NCBI GenBank assembly: GCA_016699615.1
Contig: CP064984.1
Coordinates: 590,185-654,184 of the forward strand
DNA from: Sphingobacteriales bacterium
GTDB lineage: Bacteria > Bacteroidota > Bacteroidia > Chitinophagales > JADIYW01
DNA: 64,000 nt
Direction of reading: 5' to 3'
The notes under the pieces were generated by a model, which saw only the letters and a program-made list of their open reading frames with translations, was not told the DNA's origin and did no database searches. A program made the translations under genes and the position numbers. Below, one piece after another: positions 1-9,724 of the stretch. How positions within the stretch are numbered: the first letter of the stretch is position 1; each line of letters begins with the position of its first letter.

Positions 1-138
1 GTAGTTTTGTGCGTTATGGTTACAACTTTATATTGCTTCACGTACTATTTTTCTAATGCAAAGATGCAAAAAAATATAGTAACTCAAAAATGATATTTGT
101 CATATTGAATTCTAGTAACAAAAAATTAAGATTGTTAT

Positions 139-1167
139 TTATTTGTTTAAATTCCACCATTTTTCTGATTTCCAACCTATTACAGCAAAAATAATAGCTA
201 ATAGTAAGAAAAATACTGATTTATGTAATGGTTTCCAGAGATATTCGAAGTATCTGCTAATCAAATTAATAATTAAAAAAATAAGTGCTAAGTTGGCTAC
301 ATACACATTTTGTCTTCTGAGTGCATAAAACATAGCAATGATGCAAAATGCAATACTCACAATTGCGAATGGAAGCATATACAATTGTGATGTATTTAAC
401 CATCTGTCTACAAAAACTGTATTTCCGAAAATTGAAATTAACCACATATTGAAAAATAGAAATATCCAAACTGTTTTCTTATGTACTTCATAGAATTGTT
501 TGGTGTATGTTTGTTTGGCAATTAAATTAGAACTTAACAGTAGAATTATAACGAAAGGCATATTTCTGATAATCATATTCATTCCTAGAAAATATCCATT
601 TGTATTTTGATAATTATAGGTAAATGTAATATAACACAAAATTGACATGATGATGGCTATTACCCACAAAAATTGATATTGAAAAAATATGGCAATACAC
701 ATATATAATATACTTGCGAAAAGGAACAGATAATGTATATTATTGTTGCCAAGGCTCAATGCTTTGCCTAAAAATGAAATAGCGATGATGCTAAAAAATG
801 ATGCTACTAGCAAAACACTTTTATTAAATAGTGTAGTATGTGGTTTTTTCTGAATTCTATGATTTGATATATAAAACAACACTACACTTATTATAAATGT
901 GAGTACGCTAATTCCAAAGTTTGATAAACTGAGTAGTTTTTCTATAAATAAACGAATTGGTTTATCTGCAAGCAAAACTATTACTGATAAAATAATACAA
1001 CATACAGCAACTATAAATGCATAATATGCTAATAAACGCCAATTTGTTTTTCTAACTGTTAAAGAAGATTTTAGCTTAGTGGCAACATCATCAGAAATGT
1101 ATTGTTCATCAGACCAAAAATCTATGAGTTTTTGTGCAATTTTTTCTTCTTCTTTATTGAGTTGCAT
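139..1167 (-). CDS. multi-pass integral membrane protein, DUF2157-like (tentative)
   Basis: 342-aa ORF. A soluble N-terminal ~40 aa is followed by many hydrophobic helices. The family guess rests on the recalled N-terminal pattern only. Confidence 0.45.
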   Translation of the reverse strand: MQLNKEEEKIAQKLIDFWSDEQYISDDVATKLKSSLTVRKTNWRLLAYYAFIVAVCCIILSVIVLLADKPIRLFIEKLLSLSNFGISVLTFIISVVLFYISNHRIQKKPHTTLFNKSVLLVASFFSIIAISFLGKALSLGNNNIHYLFLFASILYMCIAIFFQYQFLWVIAIIMSILCYITFTYNYQNTNGYFLGMNMIIRNMPFVIILLLSSNLIAKQTYTKQFYEVHKKTVWIFLFFNMWLISIFGNTVFVDRWLNTSQLYMLPFAIVSIAFCIIAMFYALRRQNVYVANLALIFLIINLISRYFEYLWKPLHKSVFFLLLAIIFAVIGWKSEKWWNLNK

Positions 1168-1199
1168 ATTGCAAAAATAGATAGAATTTTTATATTATT

Positions 1200-2186
1200 C
1201 TATTCTATAAATTCCATTTCTAAGTATGCTTTGCTATTGCCCATGTTTATTGCTTTTCGCACACCCAATGACAATCTAATCAGTACATTTTTATTTTCGT
1301 CAATATCTGGCAAAGTGCCAATTACTTTTGCGTAGCTTGTTTTATTATTCTCTAAGTTTTTTATTTTTATTATACTACCAACTTTTGCTGTTTTATGCAA
1401 TGCAAAAAATGTGTTATTTATACTTGGATCATTAGTACTCATTGGAGCACCAGTTGCTTTTTTAACTACAGTTTCATTTTCTTTTTTTTGTGTTGCAAAT
1501 TGTTCAGATAATGGTAATAATTTTACTTCTTGTTTATTTTCTTCATCTTGCTTAGGCACTTCAGTCGTGGCTGTTTTTATGTCTTCTTGTTTTATTGTTT
1601 CCTGTTTTTTTATCTCTGGTTTTGTAACATTTTGAGTTGTTTCTGTAGGTTTTTTATTTATTTTTTCTTCAATTTTCTTTGTTTCTTCTTGGTTTAGTAT
1701 TGCTGTTGCAGAACTACTTTTAACTGTTGTTGTCTTAGGTTTTATAATTTTTATAATGGCATCATAACTTAAATCTGAGCTTGACAACTTATTCCATTTT
1801 TTAATATCATCAATATTTACATCATATAATTTTGAAATGCTGTACATTGTTTCTTTAGGCTTAACTTGATGTAAAATTGTATCAAAATTATTATTTGGTT
1901 TAGTTGGTGTATTTACATTCTTTGTTGATGTTGTTGTTGGAGTCGTTTTAGTTGTTGTAGGTGTTGTCTTCTTTTTTGGAATTCTTAGTTCTGTTCCTAT
2001 TTTTAAATTATTACCAGACAATGATGGATTATTTTTGTGAATAGCATCTATAGTGACTGCGTATTTTTTTGCAATAGCATAGAGTGATTCGCCTTGTTTT
2101 ACCTTGTGAATCAGAAAGTTTTGAGCATTTAAGTGTAAGTTAATAAATGATATAAGCAGAAAGCAACAAATGTATAATGTACGCAT
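1200..2186 (-). CDS. secreted LysM-domain peptidoglycan-binding protein with possible RlpA-like C-terminal barrel
   Basis: Start moved to the internal ATG at 2186 (MRTLYICCFLLISFINLHLNAQ signal peptide). There are two LysM repeats (HKVKQGESLYAIAKKYAVTIDAI..., HQVKPKETMYSISKLYDVNIDDI...) separated by T/P/K-rich linkers. The C-terminus (ALHKTAKVGSIIKIKNLENNKTSYAKVIG) resembles a DPBB fold. Confidence 0.75.
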   Translation of the reverse strand: MRTLYICCFLLISFINLHLNAQNFLIHKVKQGESLYAIAKKYAVTIDAIHKNNPSLSGNNLKIGTELRIPKKKTTPTTTKTTPTTTSTKNVNTPTKPNNNFDTILHQVKPKETMYSISKLYDVNIDDIKKWNKLSSSDLSYDAIIKIIKPKTTTVKSSSATAILNQEETKKIEEKINKKPTETTQNVTKPEIKKQETIKQEDIKTATTEVPKQDEENKQEVKLLPLSEQFATQKKENETVVKKATGAPMSTNDPSINNTFFALHKTAKVGSIIKIKNLENNKTSYAKVIGTLPDIDENKNVLIRLSLGVRKAINMGNSKAYLEMEFIE

Positions 2187-2269
2187 CAATTTTTTATTTT
2201 TATTTAGTGCAAATTTTATGCCTATTTTAATTAATTTTGTAGTGCAATTTATCAACAAACGTGTGCAAT

Positions 2270-3616
2270 ATGAAAACAATCCAGTTCTTTACATTAATAT
2301 TTTTTTTATTTGTTAATATTCAAGCAAATTTTGCAAAAGAAAAAAATATTTATTACTTAAAACTACATGCAGAAATTGACAAAGGTGCAGCAAGATTAGT
2401 AAAGAATGCTGTGGATGAAGCTGAAAAACAAAAAGCTGATTATTTTTTATTAGACTTAAATACATTTGGTGGTTTGCTAGATGCCGCTGACGAAATAAGA
2501 AGCAAACTATTAAATACAAAAATACCAACCATTGTTTGGATAAATAATAATGCTGCATCAGCTGGTGCATTGATTTCTATTGCATGTGATAGTATTTATA
2601 TGATAGAAGGTGCAAGCATTGGCGCAGCAACTGTTGTCAATCAAGATGGTGAAAGAGCGCCAGACAAATATCAATCTTACATGCGATCATTAATGCGTAG
2701 CACAGCAGAAACCAATGGCAGAAATCCGAAAATTGCAGAAGCTATGGTTGATGAAGATGTTATTGTATCTGGAATTAAAGACACAGGAAAAATTCTGACG
2801 TTCACATCACAAGAAGCACTAAGATATAATTATTGCAATGCTATTATAAATTCAAAATCTGACATTTTGAAACTTATAGATGCACATGAAAAAAATATTG
2901 CTGAACATAAGATTACAGCAGTTGATAAAATCATTTCAATATTACTCAATCCATTTATCAATTCTATTTTAATTATGATGATAATTGGTGGTATTTATTT
3001 TGAGTTGAAAGCACCAGGCATTGGGTTTCCTACAATTATTGCCATCATTGGCGCAGTTGCTTATTTTGCACCTTTGTATTTGGAAGGTTTAGCTGCAAAT
3101 TGGGAAATTTTAATTTTTGTTTTAGGTATGTTATTAGTATTGCTAGAAATATTTGTCATTCCAGGATTTGGTATAACAGGAATTGCTGGAATTATTTTAG
3201 TCATAGCTGGTTTGACTTTGAGTTTAATCAATAATACACAATATGGTTTGCCAAATGGAATTATGGACGCAATAGGTAGTGTATTATTTAGAGTAACAAT
3301 AACATTACTTGTATCATTTATTTTACTATTTGCATTTGGTGGTTCTATATTTAATTTTCCAATACTCAACAAAATGGTGCTAAGCACTGACCAAAAATCT
3401 GAAGAAGGTTTTACAATAAAACAACAATCGCAAGTAGCATTGATAGGAAAAATTGGTGCTGCCATCTCAGACTTAAGACCATCTGGAAAAGTAGAAATTG
3501 AAGACAATATCTATGATGCTATTGCTGATGCTGAATTTATCAGCAAAGGCGAACATGTAGTAGTTACTAAAGTAGAAGGTTATTCTATTAAAGTAAAAAG
3601 AGTAAAACATAGTTGA
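2270..3616 (+). CDS. NfeD-family membrane-bound ClpP-class serine protease (long form)
   Basis: Signal peptide, then a ClpP-like region (FGGLLDAADEIRSKL...NNNAASAGALISIACDSIYM), a block of 4-5 TM helices and a C-terminal OB-like domain. The ATG at 2270 is preferred over the GTG at 2261. Confidence 0.8.
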   Translation: MKTIQFFTLIFFLFVNIQANFAKEKNIYYLKLHAEIDKGAARLVKNAVDEAEKQKADYFLLDLNTFGGLLDAADEIRSKLLNTKIPTIVWINNNAASAGALISIACDSIYMIEGASIGAATVVNQDGERAPDKYQSYMRSLMRSTAETNGRNPKIAEAMVDEDVIVSGIKDTGKILTFTSQEALRYNYCNAIINSKSDILKLIDAHEKNIAEHKITAVDKIISILLNPFINSILIMMIIGGIYFELKAPGIGFPTIIAIIGAVAYFAPLYLEGLAANWEILIFVLGMLLVLLEIFVIPGFGITGIAGIILVIAGLTLSLINNTQYGLPNGIMDAIGSVLFRVTITLLVSFILLFAFGGSIFNFPILNKMVLSTDQKSEEGFTIKQQSQVALIGKIGAAISDLRPSGKVEIEDNIYDAIADAEFISKGEHVVVTKVEGYSIKVKRVKHS

Positions 3617-4302
3617 GAATATTAGGCATTATACCATCAAGGTTTGCATCAACAAGATTACCTGGAAAACCATTAATCAATATTGATGGAAAAACGATGA
3701 TACAACGTGTGTACGAACAGTGTACACAAGCAAAATTATTGAACAATGTTGTTGTAGCAACAGATTGTAGTTATATTTTTAATTCTATAAAACATATAAA
3801 TGGCAATGTCATAATGACATCATCATCGCATGAAAATGGCACAAGTAGATGTATTGAAGTTGTGAAAAATTTAGAAGAAGAATATGACTATGTTGTGAAT
3901 ATACAAGGCGATGAACCTTTTATACAAGCTGAGCAAATTGATGAATTGTGTAATTTTATTATCGAGCATAAAATTGAAATTGCAACGCAAATAAAAAAAG
4001 AATATAACTTGGCATTGAACCAGCAAGCTAATATTGTAAAATGCATTACAGATGACAATGTAAATGCAATAAATTTTACTAGAGCAGAAGTACATTTAAA
4101 AGATAATTATTTTTTTAAGCACATTGGCATTTATGCTTTTAGAAAAGATATATTAATAGAAATAGAAAATTTAAAACCAACAGAAAATGAAATGATAAAT
4201 AATTTAGAGCAACTACGTTGGTTAGATAATAATATTAATATCAAAGTGCAACTTACCAGCTATTCATCAAAAAGCATTGATATAATGAGTGATTTGAATT
4301 AA
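3613..4302 (+). CDS. kdsB: 3-deoxy-manno-octulosonate cytidylyltransferase (CMP-KDO synthetase)
   Basis: The N-terminus ILGIIPSRFASTRLPGKPLINIDGKTMIQRVYEQ and the NIQGDEPFI motif match KdsB. The TTG start overlaps the NfeD stop by 4 nt. Confidence 0.85.
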   Translation: MRILGIIPSRFASTRLPGKPLINIDGKTMIQRVYEQCTQAKLLNNVVVATDCSYIFNSIKHINGNVIMTSSSHENGTSRCIEVVKNLEEEYDYVVNIQGDEPFIQAEQIDELCNFIIEHKIEIATQIKKEYNLALNQQANIVKCITDDNVNAINFTRAEVHLKDNYFFKHIGIYAFRKDILIEIENLKPTENEMINNLEQLRWLDNNINIKVQLTSYSSKSIDIMSDLN

Positions 4303-4410
4303 TTACATTTAATATTTTACTATAAATTATCAAGAAGATTTATGCATAGTGTGCAAAATAATTACAACCTGAATATTCTACAACTTAAATAACTTTCAAA
4401 AATTGTCATC

Positions 4411-4587
4411 TTAGACATTTTGTTTCTTTCTATTGTTATTCGTAATTTTTCTTTTTTTTATTTCTTTTTGCTTGCGTTTTTCTTTGTCTGCACGAATAAA
4501 GTTACTTATTGCTTGCTCTTCTTCTTTAGTCAATGGTCTTGGATCAACAACAAAATCTACATCAAGTGGTTCTTTAATTATTCCCAT
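4411..4587 (-). CDS. small highly basic-tailed protein of unknown function, coupled to the upstream GNAT-like gene
   Basis: 58 aa from the ATG at 4587 (61 aa from the TTG at 4596). It starts 10 nt (or 1 nt) after the upstream stop. It has an LTKEEEQAISNFI helix followed by a K/R-rich tail. Confidence 0.4.
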   Translation of the reverse strand: MGIIKEPLDVDFVVDPRPLTKEEEQAISNFIRADKEKRKQKEIKKRKITNNNRKKQNV

Positions 4588-4597
4588 AAAATTCAAT

Positions 4598-5134
4598 TTA
4601 AAAATATTTATTTGTTAGTTTCAATGCAGCATCTGGTGTTATTACCATTTTATGTCCACCAAAATGTGTTGCTCCTAAATTTCTTTCATAATGTTCAATA
4701 AGTTTAGTCTTTGATAGAAATGAAACATAGCCTTCTCCACCACGTTGAAATGAAAGTTTGCATGCAAATGCTACAAGATTTCCTGAAACGCCCAAATATG
4801 TTTTGTTTTTACCTATATTAAATGGTGCGCTCTCAATTAAATGCATATAAACATGGTCTGATTTTACTTCTAAACTAATAAGCCCTTGGATAATATTTGG
4901 ATTATTTGCAATTGTCAATTTATATACTTCTCTAGTTGGGTTTCTCAGCTCAGAAATCCAATTAAATTGCCAACCTTCTTTTTTAGTTAAATTTTTCACT
5001 TCAGTTACTGTCAAAACAGAAATTTCAGTAGGAAAACTATCACCTGACCTTACATTCTCTATTGAGTTTGTTAGTTTATCAATTTCAAAATCAAGTTTTA
5101 TCCCTTTCTGATTTTTCACAATACTAATATACAA
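4598..5134 (-). CDS. GNAT-fold acetyltransferase-like protein (tentative)
   Basis: 178 aa. The C-terminal half (HLIESAPFNIGKNKTYLGVSGNLVAFACKLSFQRGGEGYVSFLSKTKLIEHYERNLGA) has the beta4-alpha3 / acyl-CoA-binding-like pattern of GNAT proteins. There is no signal peptide. Confidence 0.5.
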   Translation of the reverse strand: MYISIVKNQKGIKLDFEIDKLTNSIENVRSGDSFPTEISVLTVTEVKNLTKKEGWQFNWISELRNPTREVYKLTIANNPNIIQGLISLEVKSDHVYMHLIESAPFNIGKNKTYLGVSGNLVAFACKLSFQRGGEGYVSFLSKTKLIEHYERNLGATHFGGHKMVITPDAALKLTNKYF

Positions 5135-5213
5135 AATTTGCTCTTGCTTTGCAAGTAGTTCTTAGTCTTATAAGATTCAGATAATGTAGAAAAATAAAAA
5201 ACTTTAATTTGAA

Positions 5214-5504
5214 TTAGTCTTCTTTTATATAATAATATAATGAGAATAAAACTTGAGATAATGGAATCACTAATCCGAATACTGCTAAGATCAACAAACC
5301 TAGTTCTCTAAATCCAAATGTCTCTATTTTGTTGAAATAACCATACAGAAACATATAAATAATTGGTGTATAAAATAATATCATGCTTACACCAAATACT
5401 ATCCCTCTGATTTTTGGATTATTCTTTTTCTTTGCATAGTATGCTGAAGAAAATTGAATAACAGCAAGCGCAATGAATAGTATGTATAGAAATAATTGTT
5501 CCAA
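5214..5504 (-). CDS. small three-helix membrane protein
   Basis: 96-aa ORF with three hydrophobic segments, 5 nt downstream of the preceding gene. Confidence 0.45.
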   Translation of the reverse strand: MEQLFLYILFIALAVIQFSSAYYAKKKNNPKIRGIVFGVSMILFYTPIIYMFLYGYFNKIETFGFRELGLLILAVFGLVIPLSQVLFSLYYYIKED

Positions 5505-5509
5505 AAAAA

Positions 5510-5911
5510 TTAATCTTCTACCCTATTCAAACTATAATCTAAAATTTGCAATGGTGTTTTGCCTTTATAATTTTCGTTGTTAAACTCTGAGTAATAAGTT
5601 GAATAACATAAACCACGCAAGCCCATATTTAATTGACGTAGATTTGATGCAACAACACCATCACTTTTACTTGACATGGCATTTGTAAATTGATGAACCA
5701 AGAATTTAATTATAAAAGATGGTACAAAAGAAAAAATAACCAACACCATATTCAATGCTTCTATATCTTCTTTGGGTGCGTTTTCTATCAGCATATCTAA
5801 TTTGCTTGTGTCTGCCACATCACTATATTTTGGAAACTCACCATTTTGTGGCAAATAAATATCTCCAATTTTTGATAAACCTACTACTGCTCTTTTGCTA
5901 AATGTATTCAT
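5510..5911 (-). CDS. hypothetical protein, possibly a gluconate-2-dehydrogenase-subunit-3-like partner of GMC oxidoreductases
   Basis: 133 aa. The pattern LSKIGDIYLPQNGEFPKYSDV...DMLIENAPKEDIEALNMVL resembles the small accessory subunits found next to GMC flavoproteins. This is weak and from memory. Confidence 0.4.
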   Translation of the reverse strand: MNTFSKRAVVGLSKIGDIYLPQNGEFPKYSDVADTSKLDMLIENAPKEDIEALNMVLVIFSFVPSFIIKFLVHQFTNAMSSKSDGVVASNLRQLNMGLRGLCYSTYYSEFNNENYKGKTPLQILDYSLNRVED

Positions 5912-6305
5912 GGTATTTTTATATATTCATTATGGTGTAAATAATATCTAAATTCATCTACTAATTTAATTTTTAAAATTGATTTATTTATAAAAAACAA
6001 AAAATATTCTTTTTTAAAAGTCATTCATGAAAATGATAAAAGCAAAAAAAATGACTCTATTATTCTGTATAATTTTAATAATACATGTATGCTTAGTATA
6101 AATTTTGTAGAAATAGTACAAATTTACATCTTCAAATATCATTATTTATAACTATTTATTGGAAAGAAATACATATTAAAAATAAACACAAAATACTTAT
6201 AATCAATAGTATATAAAACAATTACTATACTATTTTTGACAAGAATCAAGGAAAAAACATGAAAATAAGTTTTTTTTTAAGTTCTATATTTAATTCAGAT
6301 TTGCA

Positions 6306-7022
6306 TTGCAAAACAATCCAATGCTATCAGAGAAAATCAATATAATTTTCAATCATCTACTAGAACAGAATATTACTAGTCATACATTTGATTTATCAAA
6401 AGACAAACAAATTATTTTAAACTACATAAACAAATCTACATATAAAATTATACTTCATGACACTACTAAGTTTAATTTGATTATAGTTAATGACGCTTTA
6501 AAAACTTATTTAGATTTAGATAGTAATTTTTATCATAATAATAACTTAGTATCATTATATTTTAATATTATTCACATAAATAATTTTACAACATTAGGAG
6601 AAGTATTCAAACATATACATCAAAAATCTACTAATGTCTTGATAATGTATTTAACTATCAGTAAGGATAGAATACATTGGAAAGACATTTATAGTATTTC
6701 AAAAATTATGTTTAATGAAGCACATCAAAAACCAAAATATTTATTAACCATTTTAGAAGAAAACCATAGGCTTCCTAAAAAAAATAAGATTGAATTTAAT
6801 ACCAAAATAAAACATATTTCTTATTCAGAGCAAAAAATACTCAAGTATTTATACCATGATTTAACAACTAAAGAAATCGCAGATTTATTACATGTGTCAG
6901 TATATACGATTAATACACATCGTCAAAATTTAATCAAAAAATTAGAGGTTAAATCAAGTCATGGATTAGTTAGGAAAGCAATTGAATTAGGTTTGACAAC
7001 ACCTATACATCATTTCACATAA
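6306..7022 (+). CDS. LuxR-family transcriptional regulator (C-terminal HTH, N-terminal sensor-like domain)
   Basis: The C-terminus EQKILKYLYHDLTTKEIADLLHVSVYTINTHRQNLIKKLEVKSSHGLVRKAIELGL is a GerE/LuxR HTH. The ORF has a TTG at 6306 and an alternative ATG at 6321. Confidence 0.8.
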   Translation: MQNNPMLSEKINIIFNHLLEQNITSHTFDLSKDKQIILNYINKSTYKIILHDTTKFNLIIVNDALKTYLDLDSNFYHNNNLVSLYFNIIHINNFTTLGEVFKHIHQKSTNVLIMYLTISKDRIHWKDIYSISKIMFNEAHQKPKYLLTILEENHRLPKKNKIEFNTKIKHISYSEQKILKYLYHDLTTKEIADLLHVSVYTINTHRQNLIKKLEVKSSHGLVRKAIELGLTTPIHHFT

Positions 7023-7062
7023 TTCATTAAATATAACTATTTATAAAACAGATGTTAAAATA

Positions 7063-7070
7063 TATATTTG
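7063..7070 (+). promoter_or_regulatory. candidate Bacteroidota -7 promoter box (TAnnTTTG)
   Basis: TATATTTG matches the TAnnTTTG consensus, 66 nt upstream of the ATG at 7136. No convincing -33 TTTG was seen. Confidence 0.3.
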
Positions 7071-7135
7071 AGAAAAACAACAGAGAAATCAAAAAACTAT
7101 AATTACTATACATAAAAAAACAAACTATTTAAACT

Positions 7136-7972
7136 ATGAAAAACTTATTTATTATTCTAATCAGCACATTATTATGGTATAGTTGTACAACAACCAAAAT
7201 GGTGTCTTCTGAAAAACTAAATGCCAAAACGATAAAATTAAAAGGCGACAAACGAGTTATTCATTTTATCTATGATGCAGATTCAAACAGAACTTACACA
7301 TTGAGTGAGCCACCACCTGATGTGATCTTAGAAAAAACATTTGGCATCCTAAATAAAGTAAAAACTTCAGATAAAGTAGATGTAGAACAAAAACTTGATA
7401 TCGCCAATAAAGCATTTTCGCTTGGTGAACGAACTGTTGCTGTAAATATCCTAAGAGATGCATTGTTTAGACTTAGTGAAATGAATATCAATAACAGAAA
7501 TAAGCCACTTGCACCTGGATATAAAGAATTATTTGATAGTATTATTGCAGCATCTAAAACAATTGCTATTAGCCAAATTATTAAAGCAGAAGCAGAAAAA
7601 ATAAATGCAGAGACAAAAAATAAAGAAGTTGAAATAAAGAAAACAGATGCTGAGACAAAAAAAATAAAAGCAGAAATAGAACTACAAGAATTAGACTTAA
7701 ATAATGGTGCATATAAAAACTACCAAAAGACTATTAAGTTTCTAATAGATAAAGATTATAAAAATGCTGCTAATTATTTAGAACAATTATATGATAAGTA
7801 TCCAAAGTATTTCAATATAGATCCAATATATAAAGAACTAAATAAGTTATCAAAAAATAACAAGATGACAGAAGAAAATTGGAAAAAACTATACAAATAC
7901 ATCATCGATGAAAAACTTACATGGAAGATAGATGAAGAACTTGTTGAAAAGATAAAAGAATTAGCAAAATAA
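7136..7972 (+). CDS. lipoprotein with central coiled-coil, unknown function
   Basis: Lipobox LLWYSC followed by K/E-rich heptad-like repeats (KAEAEKINAETKNKEVEIKKTDAETKKIKAEIELQE). Confidence 0.6.
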   Translation: MKNLFIILISTLLWYSCTTTKMVSSEKLNAKTIKLKGDKRVIHFIYDADSNRTYTLSEPPPDVILEKTFGILNKVKTSDKVDVEQKLDIANKAFSLGERTVAVNILRDALFRLSEMNINNRNKPLAPGYKELFDSIIAASKTIAISQIIKAEAEKINAETKNKEVEIKKTDAETKKIKAEIELQELDLNNGAYKNYQKTIKFLIDKDYKNAANYLEQLYDKYPKYFNIDPIYKELNKLSKNNKMTEENWKKLYKYIIDEKLTWKIDEELVEKIKELAK

Positions 7973-8012
7973 ATAAAAAATATTATAAAAAAACAAATTA
8001 AAATTATATTCT

Positions 8013-8919
8013 ATGAAAAGACTAATTGTATTAAGTACCTTATTGTTTATGATATTATGTAGAGTATCATCACAAGACCTAATAATTAAGAATGATAAAA
8101 CTGAACTTAAATCAAAAATAACAGAAGTATTAAGTTCTGAGATTAAATATAAAAAATGGGAAATGTTAGATGGACCAATTTATACTATAAACAAAACAGA
8201 TATTTTCATGATTATTTATCAAAATGGCACAAGAGAAACATTTGAAACTGCTAAGAAAATATCAAATACAAACCAAGAGATATTAATTACAGAAGGTAAT
8301 ACAACAGCAAGCAAAAATAAAAACAAAGCTCCTGTAGATTTAGCAATCACATTTATGCCCAAAAATAAATTTGTAGCAAAACCAACTAAAGAACAAAGAA
8401 AAGATAAAGAATTTTTAAAAGAATATGCTAAATCAACAGCCGACAGGTCTGTCTCTTTTGGAATAAATTTAATGAATATAGGAAAATCAACAGTTCCAAC
8501 AATTATGTTCTTAACTGATGTTACTATAGCAAAAAACATTGCAATTACTTGGGGTTTTGGTTTTAATTATCATAGAGAAAAATTTTCTGGATATAAGTAT
8601 TCTATGTTTACTTATTGGTTACCAATAGGTGCTGTTTATTACTTCAACCAACTTTAAAAATAAAAAACAAAAAGCATCCTTATATGCAGGAGTACTTTTA
8701 ACGCCATCTATTTCTTCAATAAATATTAAATCAGATGAGACATATAGTTATAGTTCATCATCTTCTTCATCGAGTAAATTCAATTTTAACGGAGGTTTAA
8801 GAGTAGGCGCAAGTTATAATTTCGTAAAGAAATTTGGAGTATATGCTGACATATTAGTTGGCAAAGGAAGACCTGGAATCCTTGTGGGTTTAAAATTATC
8901 AAATTTTAGAGAAAAATAA
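8013..8919 (+). pseudogene. secreted outer-membrane beta-barrel-like protein, interrupted by a +1 frameshift as sequenced
   Basis: ORFs 8013..8657 and 8629..8919 lie in adjacent frames. Removing one T from the T3 run at 8653..8655 joins ...YYFNQL to KNKKQKASLYAGVLL.... The protein has a signal peptide and a C-terminal alternating-hydrophobic barrel-like end (GVYADILVGKGRPGILVGLKLSNF). Confidence 0.5.
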
Positions 8920-8950
8920 AATTCATTATTAACAAATAAAAATAATTATC

Positions 8951-9706
8951 ATGAAAAAATTAACGTATTTAATCATTACAACAATCACAGCTATCTTATT
9001 CATATTTGTAGCTTGCAAAAAAGAAAAAGAAGCAACAATTTCTGCTCAAGAATTAAGTGAAAAGATTACAATCGAAGGTGCTAGTAGAATAAAAGGAAAT
9101 ATACCAGTACCTGATGGTGGAGAATATGGAACAAGTATAGAAATATATACAGATGAAATTATTGTAGAAGAAAATAAAACATCATTTGATGTAACTTTTG
9201 AAGGAATTGAAGATAAGAAAATAGCATATTTTAAAGTTGATGGTTCTGATGATTATTTTGAACTGGAATTGGATGAGTACGGTTCCATTGCTTCAAGAAT
9301 TTCAGATCTCATAAAAGAAGAACAGAAATACATAGGTTTTTGTATTTTTCCTGGTACTCCAGTTCAAAGACAAGTAACTGTGCAATTCTGCAAAATACCA
9401 AAAAATAAAACAAAAGCAGAAGCAAAAGCAAACAAGCAAAACTGGTGTACGCCAAAAAATATAAAATTTCAATGTATTTATAATAAAACTGGAAATTGTA
9501 GCGAAGCAGATATACAAGCAGCTACAAACAAATTGATAAGTTTAACCACTACATTTCAAAACAATCCAACAAATAGTAATTGCAATGCTGTAAAAGCAGC
9601 AGCTATGCAACTATTACAACAAATGAAAAATTGCAATATAGATGATGCTTCACTTACTCAAGCTGCAAATGCATGGAATGGAGTTGATTGCTCTCTACTT
9701 AATTAA
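8951..9706 (+). CDS. lipoprotein, Cys-rich C-terminal domain, unknown function
   Basis: Lipobox FVAC. There are 9 further Cys residues, 7 of them in the last ~100 aa. Confidence 0.6.
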   Translation: MKKLTYLIITTITAILFIFVACKKEKEATISAQELSEKITIEGASRIKGNIPVPDGGEYGTSIEIYTDEIIVEENKTSFDVTFEGIEDKKIAYFKVDGSDDYFELELDEYGSIASRISDLIKEEQKYIGFCIFPGTPVQRQVTVQFCKIPKNKTKAEAKANKQNWCTPKNIKFQCIYNKTGNCSEADIQAATNKLISLTTTFQNNPTNSNCNAVKAAAMQLLQQMKNCNIDDASLTQAANAWNGVDCSLLN

Positions 9707-9724
9707 TTTAATATTTTACAACAA

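Noticed and set aside
1640-1990. T/P/K-rich repetitive coding stretches in the LysM protein (TTPTTTKTTPTTTSTKNVNTPTKP, EETKKIEEKINKKPTETTQ).
   Set aside because: These are ordinary low-complexity interdomain linkers of cell-wall-binding proteins and not a separate feature.
3061-3507. Long antisense ORFs inside confirmed genes: 3061..3507, 30178..30591, 51096..51443, 55274..55651, 56154..56570, 43603..43854.
   Set aside because: Each lies fully within a well-supported gene on the other strand and has low-complexity or hydrophobic shadow-frame composition. None has a motif or an independent start context. They are typical shadow ORFs.
5135-5213. A small palindrome, cttgc-ttt-gcaag, between the 96-aa gene and the GNAT-like gene, considered as a possible terminator or operator.
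   Set aside because: It has only a 5-bp stem and no adequate T-run, so it cannot be distinguished from chance.
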